A stretch of 64,000 nt of DNA, from the NCBI GenBank assembly GCA_965220925.1, contig OZ244851.1, positions 1,500,040 to 1,564,039 on the forward strand, read 5' to 3'. Of this stretch, positions 1 to 9,361 are shown one piece after another (position 1 is the stretch's first letter; every line of letters starts with the position of its first letter). The translations under genes and the position numbers were made by a program. This DNA comes from Thermodesulfobacteriota bacterium (GTDB lineage: Bacteria > Desulfobacterota_D > UBA1144 > Nemesobacterales > Nemesobacteraceae). A model generated the notes under the pieces. It was not told where the DNA came from. It saw only the letters and a program-made list of their open reading frames with translations, and did not search any database.

Positions 1-1
1 C

Positions 2-601
2 GTGCTCGCTTCGACTTCAAGCGTATACGGCAAAAACGACACTCCTTTTTACGAGGAGATGAAAACCGATTCACCGCTTTCCCCCTACGCTTCTTCCAAA
101 AAATCCGCCGAAGGGCTCTGTTCCGTTTACAACTCGCTTTATGGAATGGATATCTCCATACTCCGCTATTTTACCGTCTACGGTCCCGCGGGAAGACCCG
201 ACATGAGCGTCTTTCGGTTCATAAAATGGGTGGAGGAAGGCAGGGAAATAGTGACACTAGGCGACGGGGAGCAGAAAAGAGATTTTACCTATGTGGAGGA
301 TGTGGTGGCGGGTACGGTTGCGGCGATTAAAAATCTGGGATTTGAGATAATAAACCTCGGAAATTCCGTCGCCGTTTCTTTAAATGAAGTTATAGAGATA
401 ATTGAGCGCAAAACCGGCAAGAAGGCCGAAATTATCCGGGCTCAAGAGCACTCTTCCGATATAAGATTCACCCTCGCGCGCATAGAAAAGGCGAAGAGAG
501 TTCTTGGCTGGAAGCCTCGCTTCAGTTTGGAAGAGGGGATTGAGAAATCCGTCGAATGGTATCGCTCAAACGGCGATCTTGCGCGAAGCATAGAGGTCTA
601 A
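2..601 (+). CDS. NAD-dependent epimerase/dehydratase (SDR family), C-terminal part; the 5' end lies outside the window
   Basis: The ORF is open to the window edge. It has the SDR catalytic YxxxK (PYASSKKSAE) and an RYFTVYGPAGRPDM motif typical of UDP-sugar 4-epimerases. Confidence 0.8.
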   Translation: MLASTSSVYGKNDTPFYEEMKTDSPLSPYASSKKSAEGLCSVYNSLYGMDISILRYFTVYGPAGRPDMSVFRFIKWVEEGREIVTLGDGEQKRDFTYVEDVVAGTVAAIKNLGFEIINLGNSVAVSLNEVIEIIERKTGKKAEIIRAQEHSSDIRFTLARIEKAKRVLGWKPRFSLEEGIEKSVEWYRSNGDLARSIEV

Positions 602-714
602 TGCGCTTTTAGTCGTCCGCCGGATTTTCTCTGGAGCGTCTATGTGCCTTGACACTTTCTGGGAAATTTTTATAAGATTTAAATCGTAGTTTCAATAAAG
701 GAAAAACTATTTTC

Positions 715-2967
715 ATGGCCAAGTCTCTAGTCATAGTCGAATCTCCTTCAAAGGCGAAGACGATAAAAAAGTACCTCGGACGGGATTTTCAGGTGGAAGC
801 TTCCTCCGGGCATCTGATAGATCTTCCCACCAGTAAGCTTGGAATCGATATAGAAAATGATTTCAAACCTCAGTACACGGTAATAAAAGGCAAAAAGAAA
901 TTCCTGGACAATCTAAAAGAAGCCTCTCGCCGCGCGGAAAAAGTCTACCTGGCTTCAGACCCCGACAGAGAAGGAGAAGCCATCGCCTGGCATATCGCAG
1001 ACAGGCTGAATCTCTGGGACAAAGCGCAAAGAGTTCTTATACGCGAAATAACGGAAGCCGGCGTAAAAAAGTCGATGGACAGTCCGAGCGAGATTAACAG
1101 GGAACGTTTCGAATCTCAGCAGGCAAGAAGGATCCTGGACAGAATAGTGGGATACAAGGTCAGTCCCGTTCTCTGGAAAAAAGTCAGAAAAGGTCTGAGC
1201 GCCGGAAGAGTTCAAAGCGTCGCTTTGAGATTCGTTGTGGAGAGAGAAAGAGAAATCGAGCGGTTTAAGCCGAGAGAGTACTGGACTCTGGACGCTTATC
1301 TGAAAAAAGGCGAAGATTCCGAATCGGAAGTCTTTACCGCTTCTTTAAACTCTTTTCGCGGAAAAAAAGCTAATATCGAAAACCAGAAGCAGTCAGGGGA
1401 AATACTTGACGCCCTTCGGGGAAAAGATTTTGTCGTAACGTCGATTGAGAAAAAGGAACGGAAAAGAAAAACTTTCCCCCCTTTTATAACAAGCACTCTT
1501 CAGCAGGACGCGTCGAAGAGAATCAGATTTTCGGTAAAGAAAACGATGATGGTTGCTCAAGGGCTCTACGAAGGCGTAGAACTTGGAAGCGAAGGGCCCG
1601 TTGGACTTATAACTTACATGAGAACGGATTCGTTTAGAGCTTCCGACGAAGCCGTTTCCGAAGCCAGAGAATTTGTGTCCGCTCGGTACGGTAAAGAATA
1701 CCTTCCGAAAAACCCGAACCTGTTTAAAGCGAAAAATTCCGCGCAGGACGCTCATGAATGCATAAGACCGACGTTCCCTTCAAAACATCCCGACGAGTTT
1801 AGAAAATTTCTTACCGAAGATCAGTACAGGCTTTATTCCCTTATATGGAAAAGATTTGTCGCCTCGCAGATGTCCCAGGCTGTTTATGACCAGACGCGAG
1901 TGGACATCACGGCGGGCGAAGCTCTTTTCAGAGCTACCGGTAGCGTAATGAAGTTCCCGGGGTTTACGGCGGTGTATGAAGAAGCGGTGGAAAAAGAGGA
2001 AGGCGAAAAAGAGAAAAGCGACGTGAAAAAAGATGGAAATAAAAAACTTCCCTCGCTTTTCGAAAAAGAAGTGCTCGATCTTCTAAAACTCGATCCGAAA
2101 CAGCACTTTACCCAACCTCCCCCGAGATATACGGAAAGCTCCCTCGTAAAGGAGCTTGAAGAAAAAGGTATAGGGAGACCTTCGACCTACGCCTCCATTC
2201 TTTCAACCATACAGGATCGGGGTTACGCCGAGAGGGAGAAAGGGAAATTTTCCCCCACCCCTCTGGGATTTTCCGTAAACGATTTTCTCATGGAGGGATT
2301 CCCGAGGATAATGGACGAAGAGTTTACCGCCCGCATGGAAGACGATTTGGATAAAGTGGAAGAAGGTTCTGTGAACTGGGTTGATTTGCTGCGAGGCTTT
2401 TACGAAGGTTTTTCAAAAAGCGTATTGCGAGCGGAGGAAGAAATCGAAGAGAGAAAAATCGAAATTCCGACCGATATAGAATGTGACAAGTGCGGAACCC
2501 TTATGGTTGTGAAGGAAGGGCGTTACGGGCAATTTCTTACCTGCCCGAAATACCCCGAATGTAAAAATACGAAGGATTTCAAACGACTTGAAGATGGAAA
2601 GATCGTCTTGGACGAAAAGCCCTCCGCCGAACTTTTAAACGATATAGAATGCGATAAGTGCGGCGCTCCGATGGTTATAAAGACAGGACGATACGGGCAG
2701 TTTCTCTCCTGCTCAGCGTATCCGGACTGTAAGAATCCCAAAGAGTTTACCATGGGAGAAGACGGCAAAATCATAATAAAAGAAAAAAAAGTCCCCGAAA
2801 TTCGCCAAGATATCACGTGCGAAAAATGCGGCAAACCCATGGTTCTTCGCCAAAGCCGCCGCGGGCAATTTCTCGGCTGCAGCGGTTATCCGAAATGTAG
2901 AACCACGATGAATCTGGATAAAGACGGCAACGTAATCAAATCCGCTTCGAAAACCAAAAAAACCTGA
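715..2967 (+). CDS. topA: DNA topoisomerase I
   Basis: 750 aa. N-terminal TOPRIM (LVIVESPSKAKTI, ASDPDREGEAIAWH) and catalytic YMRTDS. The C-terminus has three tandem CxxC...CxxxxC topo-type zinc ribbons (CDKCG...GRYGQFL.C..YP.C). Confidence 0.95.
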   Translation: MAKSLVIVESPSKAKTIKKYLGRDFQVEASSGHLIDLPTSKLGIDIENDFKPQYTVIKGKKKFLDNLKEASRRAEKVYLASDPDREGEAIAWHIADRLNLWDKAQRVLIREITEAGVKKSMDSPSEINRERFESQQARRILDRIVGYKVSPVLWKKVRKGLSAGRVQSVALRFVVEREREIERFKPREYWTLDAYLKKGEDSESEVFTASLNSFRGKKANIENQKQSGEILDALRGKDFVVTSIEKKERKRKTFPPFITSTLQQDASKRIRFSVKKTMMVAQGLYEGVELGSEGPVGLITYMRTDSFRASDEAVSEAREFVSARYGKEYLPKNPNLFKAKNSAQDAHECIRPTFPSKHPDEFRKFLTEDQYRLYSLIWKRFVASQMSQAVYDQTRVDITAGEALFRATGSVMKFPGFTAVYEEAVEKEEGEKEKSDVKKDGNKKLPSLFEKEVLDLLKLDPKQHFTQPPPRYTESSLVKELEEKGIGRPSTYASILSTIQDRGYAEREKGKFSPTPLGFSVNDFLMEGFPRIMDEEFTARMEDDLDKVEEGSVNWVDLLRGFYEGFSKSVLRAEEEIEERKIEIPTDIECDKCGTLMVVKEGRYGQFLTCPKYPECKNTKDFKRLEDGKIVLDEKPSAELLNDIECDKCGAPMVIKTGRYGQFLSCSAYPDCKNPKEFTMGEDGKIIIKEKKVPEIRQDITCEKCGKPMVLRQSRRGQFLGCSGYPKCRTTMNLDKDGNVIKSASKTKKT

Positions 2968-2973
2968 CGCGTC

Positions 2974-5469
2974 ATGCCGGGCGAGCTTGAAAAAAATCTG
3001 CTTTCCTTGGAAAAACCTCTTGTTTTCGCCTCGAAAAACAATTTCTCGAATCTGAGTAAAATTGAAGAAGCTTTGGGAGAAAGCGTAAGAAGCCTTTCCA
3101 CCAAAGTCCTTAAGGATTCTCCTCCGCCGGAAATAGAGACTCTTGTGACGAATATTCGAGCTCTTTTCCTTGATTTTGAAAAAGCCCGGGATTCCGAGAA
3201 AAGAAAAAAGATATCTTCCGCTCTTGTGGTGCTTCGAGAAGTAAAAAAACTTGCCGAACTGGATTCGCCCGCGCGAAAAACCGCTCGGGAAAAATCTCGC
3301 CAACCAATTGGCTCCGTGAAACCAAGTTCCGCCGGCGACGATTTTCTCTCAATGCCAATTACGAGACTGCCCGGAGTCGGGAGAAAAGTCGTGAGTCTTC
3401 TGGAAAAAAGATCCGTGCGAACCGTATACGATCTTCTTTTTTATTCACCCAGAAAATACGACGACCGGAGGAGAAAAACTTCCATTCGCGAGGCCGTGCC
3501 GGAGGAATTCTTCACCCTGGAGGGTGAAGTAACCTCAGTCGGCGACATAAGAAACAGAAGAAGTTTTTTTCAAGTTACTCTGCATGACGGAACGGAGAGA
3601 CTGAGACTCCTCTGGTTCAATTACAACGCCCGCTACCTTAGGGGGATTTTCAAAAAAGGAAATAGGATAATCGTTCACGGAAAAGTGTCTCTTGCGCCGA
3701 ATGGGAAATCTCTTCAAATAGTTCATCCGCTTCCTCAGGATATCGAAGTGATTGAAAGCGAAGAAGAAGCGATAGACTCCCTTCAGTTTGGGAGAATCGT
3801 TCCTGTTTATCCGCTCACGGAAGGACTCACGCAAAAAAAGCTTAGAGAAACGGTAAAAGCCGCGCTTGATACTTACGCTCGGAATTTCGAAGGACTCATT
3901 CCCAAAGGAATCCAGCAGGAACACGGTCTTATAAATCTCCCCGACGCCCTTGAACAGGTGCATTTTCCCGGCGAAGATTCGTCCTTGGTCGATTTTGACG
4001 ATCCCGGCTCGGTAGCGAATTCCCCGGCGCACAGAACGGTCATTTTTTTCGAGTTTTTCATCCTTCAACTGGGTCTTCTGTCAAAGAAAAGAAAAGTGGA
4101 GCAATCAGAAGGCATATCGTTTGATTTAGACTGCCCTCTTTCGGAAAAGTTTCTGCGGTCGCTTCCTTTCAGTCTCACTCAAGGACAGAAAAAAGCTATT
4201 TCGGAAATCAGAGAAGATATGATTTCCCCTCGTCCCATGAACAGGCTTCTTCAGGGTGATGTGGGAAGCGGAAAGACTTTGGTCGCCTTGGTATCGATGC
4301 TGCGCGCGGTCGAAAGCGGGTACCAGGCCGCTTTAATGGTTCCGACGGAAATACTGGCCGAACAACATTTTCGCAACATTCGGCGGATGACCGAGGAGAC
4401 GGGGGTGGAAGTGGTTCTTTTAAAAAGCGCTCTTTCGAAAGCGGAAAAATCCCGAGTTTACGAAGACATAAAGACCGGGGATGCGAATATAGTGGTCGGA
4501 ACGCATGCTCTGATTTCAGAAGCGGTGGATTTCAAAGCCCTGGGGTTTGTGATAATAGACGAGCAGCACCGTTTCGGAGTTCTGCAAAGAGCCGGACTCG
4601 TACGCAAAGCCGCCATGCCCGACGTGCTCGTTATGACGGCTACTCCAATTCCGAGAACCTTGGCAATTACCGTGTACGGAGATCTTGAAGTTTCCGTAAT
4701 TGACGAACTTCCTCCTTCAAGAAAGAAGGTAGAGACTTTCGTTCTCAAAGATACTCGGAAAAACAGAAGATGGTTTTACGATCGCGTAAAGGAGGAAATT
4801 AACTGCGGTCGCCAGGCGTATTTCATTTACCCGTTTATAGAGGAATCCGATAGCGAGGATTTCAAGCACGTGAGGCATGTAACGAAAATGGCGGAGGAAC
4901 TTCGCGAGGAATTTTCCGAATTTTCCGTCTCGCTTCTCCACGGAAGGATGAAAAGCGAAGAGAGAGAGGCGATTATGAATGATTTTCTTCTGAAACGGTG
5001 CGATATTCTCGTGTCCACCACCGTTATAGAAGTCGGCGTGGATGTTCCAAACGCTACGATGATCGTTATAGAAAATGCCGAACGCTTCGGACTCTCGCAA
5101 CTTCACCAGATGAGAGGAAGGGTCGGTAGGGGAGAGTGTGAGTCAACCTGCTACATAGTATATTCGCCGATGGCGGGAGATGAATCCGGGGACAGACTTA
5201 AGATAATGGGCGAAACCTCGAACGGATTCAAAATTTCCGAGACTGATCTTGCCAACAGGGGCCCCGGTGAATTTATGGGCACAAAACAGTCGGGAGTTCC
5301 CGGTTTCAGTTTCGCAAGCTTGATCAGAGATTCCGCCTTGCTTAACGAGGCAAGAGATTCCGCTCGAGAGCTAACCTCCGAAGAGCGGAAACCTGTAGAA
5401 CATGAGAAGCTCTTCAGGCACGTAACCGCGAAATGGGGTGATATGCTTGAACTGGATACGAGTTTGTAA
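2974..5469 (+). CDS. recG: ATP-dependent DNA helicase RecG
   Basis: 831 aa. Walker A GDVGSGKT, DEQHRFG box and QLHQMRGRVGRG motif VI. The canonical RecG N-terminus (ITRLPGVGRKV...) starts about residue 127, so an alternative start at ATG 3352 is possible. The upstream 126 codons are open and coding-like. Confidence 0.9.
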   Translation: MPGELEKNLLSLEKPLVFASKNNFSNLSKIEEALGESVRSLSTKVLKDSPPPEIETLVTNIRALFLDFEKARDSEKRKKISSALVVLREVKKLAELDSPARKTAREKSRQPIGSVKPSSAGDDFLSMPITRLPGVGRKVVSLLEKRSVRTVYDLLFYSPRKYDDRRRKTSIREAVPEEFFTLEGEVTSVGDIRNRRSFFQVTLHDGTERLRLLWFNYNARYLRGIFKKGNRIIVHGKVSLAPNGKSLQIVHPLPQDIEVIESEEEAIDSLQFGRIVPVYPLTEGLTQKKLRETVKAALDTYARNFEGLIPKGIQQEHGLINLPDALEQVHFPGEDSSLVDFDDPGSVANSPAHRTVIFFEFFILQLGLLSKKRKVEQSEGISFDLDCPLSEKFLRSLPFSLTQGQKKAISEIREDMISPRPMNRLLQGDVGSGKTLVALVSMLRAVESGYQAALMVPTEILAEQHFRNIRRMTEETGVEVVLLKSALSKAEKSRVYEDIKTGDANIVVGTHALISEAVDFKALGFVIIDEQHRFGVLQRAGLVRKAAMPDVLVMTATPIPRTLAITVYGDLEVSVIDELPPSRKKVETFVLKDTRKNRRWFYDRVKEEINCGRQAYFIYPFIEESDSEDFKHVRHVTKMAEELREEFSEFSVSLLHGRMKSEEREAIMNDFLLKRCDILVSTTVIEVGVDVPNATMIVIENAERFGLSQLHQMRGRVGRGECESTCYIVYSPMAGDESGDRLKIMGETSNGFKISETDLANRGPGEFMGTKQSGVPGFSFASLIRDSALLNEARDSARELTSEERKPVEHEKLFRHVTAKWGDMLELDTSL

Positions 5470-5687
5470 AATATCGAGTATTCAAAGCTCCGTACGGTCG
5501 TTTTTTTTCACGTTTGTCTTTATGTGGTTTGAGAGAACCGGCAAAAATCTTCTTGATGTATAACGCGATTTTGTGCTACCATAAACCTTGAGAGGATTTG
5601 ATTGTAGAGTTCGCCGGTTGTATGCGGCGGATTTTATTGTGTCTCGAAAGATATCGGGCAGATTGCAAAAAGGAGGGTGAAAGGGAT

Positions 5688-7997
5688 ATGTATAACGGAA
5701 TAAGGTTTAATCTTAAAAAGTTTTTGCTTGCGTTTATGGTTGGAACGTTTATCGCGCTTCCGGGCGTGACCGTCTCCGCTCAAGATTCGGGCCAGTTTGG
5801 CGTTAGTGAGGTCTTGCTTGAAAAAATTACTGTTACGGCGCGAAAGCGTGAAGAACTTATTCAAAACGTACCCTTATCGGTAACGCATTTCAGTTCCGAG
5901 GAAATAGAGGCTCTCAAGGTGCGCGACCTTACCAGTTTATCGGTAAAAATGCCCAACGTCGCGCTTGACGATATCGGTACCGCGCGGGGAATCAGCAACT
6001 TTTCGATTCGCGGTCTTGGCGTCAACAGTTCCATACCGTCTGTGGACCCTACCGTTGGAGTATTTGTCGACGGTGTGTACATGGGAATGAACAGCTCCGC
6101 GCTTGTCGATACCGTCGATATTGAGAGCATTGAGGTGCTCAGAGGTCCCCAGGGAGTATTGTTCGGGCGCAACGTTACCGGCGGAGCGATTCTCATCAAT
6201 ACAAAAAAGCCCGGAGACGAATTTGAAGCTTCGGTAAGCAGTTCGATTGAAGTCGGCGGGGAAAGCCCCAATATCTATTCCACGGCTATAGTGGGAGGTC
6301 CGCTTGGCGATACCGTTGGAGTTAGGCTGGTCGCTTATACCAATCAGGACAGAGGATGGTTTGAAAACCTTCACACCGGCAAAGCTTTCGGCGAAGAGGA
6401 TACGCGTATTTTTCGACCTGTTCTGACTTGGGATCCCACGGATGATCTCAGCATGGTGTTCAGATACGAATATCAGGAAAATGACGGTGACGGTCCAGCC
6501 GCTCAGAGCCATACAAACGGATTCGGACTAACTAATCCACTGGCTGACTTTGATCGCGACAGCCACGATTTCAGTATTGACGAAGAGGGTTTCAGAAAAT
6601 CCAAGGCGCACTCTTTTACAGCGCAGATGGATTGGGACGTGAGTCTTGGAGACGGCACCATAACCAATATTTTTGGCTGGCGCAGTTTTGAACAGTCCCT
6701 ACTTTCGGATATCGATGCTTCCCCGGCAGATCTGTTCAACGGTTACGCGTGGATAGACTCCGAGCAGTGGAGCAACGAGTTGCGTTACACGGGATCGCTC
6801 ACTGAAATGTTTTACCTTACCACGGGTGTTTACTACTTAAGCAACGATATAGGCTATCATGAACGTCGCGATCTGCTCGGCGACCCCATCAACACTCTAG
6901 TGGGTCTTGGAGCTTTGCCTCCCTCGGCGCATATTATCCAGAACGGGGGCGGAGACTATGAAGTCGAAACCTTGGGACTGTTTCTGTCTCTTGACTACCA
7001 TATCACAGACGATCTAACGCTTATTGCGGGCGGAAGATACACCAAGGAAGAAAAAGAGGCCGAAATTACATCTTTAATACGTAACGCGAGTACTCCAACC
7101 GCGCCGAAGGCGCCGTGCAATATCGTGGACGGTCCCGACTGCCCGGTTGATTTCAGCGATAAGGAGAGCTGGGACAGCTGGTCGCCGAAAGTCGGATTTA
7201 TCTATTACGTAAACGACTCGGCGACTTTCTACAGTCACTGGACCCGAGGCTTCAGATCGGGGGGCTACAACCTTCGCAATTCTTCGCTCACCGAATCTCC
7301 CGGTCCGTATGGTGAGGAAAAGGTAGATAGTTTCGAAGCCGGATTTAAAATTTTTGAAGACCGAGGCCGCTTAAACACGGCGGTTTTTTATAACTTGGTT
7401 GACGATCTGCAGCGCGAGCTAAACCTTCCCGATGAAGGAGCCGGAGTAGTCCAGCTTATTCGAAATACCGCGGACATGGAAGTCTTTGGTTTTGAGGTGG
7501 ACGGTGCATTCGCTCTTACCGAAAAGTTGCTTCTAATGGGTTCGTTGGGTTACGTGGACCCTCGGTACACGGAAGTTAAATACGACTTGAATTACGACGG
7601 AAAAGTGGACGACAAGGACGAGGACCTTGAACCTCCACGCGCCGCGAAGTGGACTTACAGCGTTGGTGTAACTCACGATTCGGAAGTCGGAGGATGGGGT
7701 CGAATTACGTCTCACGTAAACTACGCCCACCGGGATAAATCATATTTTAGCGATGATAACCTCGGGTATATATCGGAGCAGAACATTCTCGACGCGGGAA
7801 TAGATTTTCGTCCCAATAACGGTGGATTCTCCATAGGTATTTACGCGAAAAACCTGCTTGACGAGGTTAGACACGGAGGAGACACGCAGCTACCGGCGCA
7901 ACTGGGTCAAGCACCGCTTGCCAGCGTTTTGGGAGGTACGTTCTCGCCGCTTGCGAAAGGTCGGATCTTCGGGTTTCAGCTAAGCTACGGGATATAA
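5688..7997 (+). CDS. TonB-dependent outer-membrane receptor
   Basis: The start is moved to ATG 5688, which is preceded by AAGGAGGG. A signal peptide ends in VSAQD. Plug-domain motifs are present (IEVLRGPQGVLFGRN) and the barrel terminates in ...FGFQLSYGI. Confidence 0.85.
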   Translation: MYNGIRFNLKKFLLAFMVGTFIALPGVTVSAQDSGQFGVSEVLLEKITVTARKREELIQNVPLSVTHFSSEEIEALKVRDLTSLSVKMPNVALDDIGTARGISNFSIRGLGVNSSIPSVDPTVGVFVDGVYMGMNSSALVDTVDIESIEVLRGPQGVLFGRNVTGGAILINTKKPGDEFEASVSSSIEVGGESPNIYSTAIVGGPLGDTVGVRLVAYTNQDRGWFENLHTGKAFGEEDTRIFRPVLTWDPTDDLSMVFRYEYQENDGDGPAAQSHTNGFGLTNPLADFDRDSHDFSIDEEGFRKSKAHSFTAQMDWDVSLGDGTITNIFGWRSFEQSLLSDIDASPADLFNGYAWIDSEQWSNELRYTGSLTEMFYLTTGVYYLSNDIGYHERRDLLGDPINTLVGLGALPPSAHIIQNGGGDYEVETLGLFLSLDYHITDDLTLIAGGRYTKEEKEAEITSLIRNASTPTAPKAPCNIVDGPDCPVDFSDKESWDSWSPKVGFIYYVNDSATFYSHWTRGFRSGGYNLRNSSLTESPGPYGEEKVDSFEAGFKIFEDRGRLNTAVFYNLVDDLQRELNLPDEGAGVVQLIRNTADMEVFGFEVDGAFALTEKLLLMGSLGYVDPRYTEVKYDLNYDGKVDDKDEDLEPPRAAKWTYSVGVTHDSEVGGWGRITSHVNYAHRDKSYFSDDNLGYISEQNILDAGIDFRPNNGGFSIGIYAKNLLDEVRHGGDTQLPAQLGQAPLASVLGGTFSPLAKGRIFGFQLSYGI

Positions 7998-8097
7998 GAT
8001 TTAAAGGTGTCGGGGACGGCGGCTCTGTAGTAGAAAAAGAGATCTTGGGGAGTTCATGTCTTAAGATGGAACTTTGCTGGGTTCACATCGTCATGAA

Positions 8098-9339
8098 CTA
8101 CCCTTCGATTAGAAGTGTTTCCGGATCTTCAATAAGTTGTTTTACCGCCACGAGGAACTGCACGGCTTCTTTTCCGTCAACTATCCTGTGATCGTAGCTC
8201 AAAGCGGTGTACATCATCGGTCTTATGACAATGTCTCCGTTAATCACTACCGGTCTTTCTTCTATCTTGTGAAGACCAAGTATCGCTACCTGTGGCGGAT
8301 TAAGTATAGGAGTGCTCATTAGGGAACCGTACACGCCGCCGTTTGTTATGGTGAAAGTACCGCCGAATATCTCATCAAGCGAAAGAGTGTTATCGTTTGC
8401 TTTCGCAGCCAGGTCTTTAACCTCTTTTTCTATCTGAGCGAAGGTTTTTCTGTCCGCTTCGCGTATAACGGGGACGACAAGTCCTCCTTCCGCTCCGACC
8501 GCTATTCCTATATCGTAGTGATCTTTGTAAATTATGTGGTCGTCTTGGATCTCGGCGTTTATGTCCGGAAACATCTTAAGCGCTCCGATAGAAGCTTTTA
8601 CGAAAAAGGACGAAAAGCCCAGATTCACGCCGTACTTCTCTCTGAAAAGCTCTTTTTTTCTCGACCGCAGTTCAATTACGCTCGACATGTCAATTTCGTT
8701 GAAAGTGGAGAGTATTGCCGCCGTCTGCTGGGCTTCCACAAGACGTTTTGCTATGGTTCTGCGACGCCTTGACATTTTCACCTTTTTTTCTCTTTTCTCG
8801 GTAAGCTGAGAAAGTGAGGGAAAAAGTTCGGATGAGAGAGAACTGGGAGAAATTTCTTCTTCCGCAGGAGTGCTTCTGGGAATTTCTTCTTCGGTTTCCT
8901 CCGATTCAAGGTGTTTTTGCACGTCGTCTTTAGTGATTCTGTTGCCCGAGTGCGTAACTTGCGAGAGGTCAACTTCATTTTGTTCGGCTATGTTTCTCGC
9001 AACGGGAGTTACTCGGGGTTCCGGTTGTTCCTGCCGCTTGTCTTCCTCTTGTTTTTCCTCAGTTTGCGGTTCGATTGTTTTTTCTTTCTCTTCGCTTTTC
9101 GCCGCCGCTTCTATAGTTCCTAGAATATCTCCCACCTCGACGTCTTCATCGGCTTTTTTCGCTATGGATTTTAACACTCCGGAAGTTTCCGCCGCGACTT
9201 CGAAGTTAGCCTTTTCGGTTTCAAGCTCGACTACGGTCTCGCCGAGTTTTACCGTATCTCCCTCCTGTTTGGTCCACTTTATGATTGTCGCTTCTATCAC
9301 GGAATCTCCCAAGTGGGGAACGACGATGTTCTTAGCCAT
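8098..9339 (-). CDS. sucB: Dihydrolipoamide succinyltransferase, E2 of 2-oxoglutarate dehydrogenase
   Basis: 413 aa. It has an N-terminal lipoyl domain (ELETEKA), an E/P/K-rich linker and the catalytic DHRIVDG motif. It lies immediately downstream of sucA. Confidence 0.9.
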   Translation of the reverse strand: MAKNIVVPHLGDSVIEATIIKWTKQEGDTVKLGETVVELETEKANFEVAAETSGVLKSIAKKADEDVEVGDILGTIEAAAKSEEKEKTIEPQTEEKQEEDKRQEQPEPRVTPVARNIAEQNEVDLSQVTHSGNRITKDDVQKHLESEETEEEIPRSTPAEEEISPSSLSSELFPSLSQLTEKREKKVKMSRRRRTIAKRLVEAQQTAAILSTFNEIDMSSVIELRSRKKELFREKYGVNLGFSSFFVKASIGALKMFPDINAEIQDDHIIYKDHYDIGIAVGAEGGLVVPVIREADRKTFAQIEKEVKDLAAKANDNTLSLDEIFGGTFTITNGGVYGSLMSTPILNPPQVAILGLHKIEERPVVINGDIVIRPMMYTALSYDHRIVDGKEAVQFLVAVKQLIEDPETLLIEG

Positions 9340-9361
9340 TTTTTCCTCTCGTGTTTGCTTC

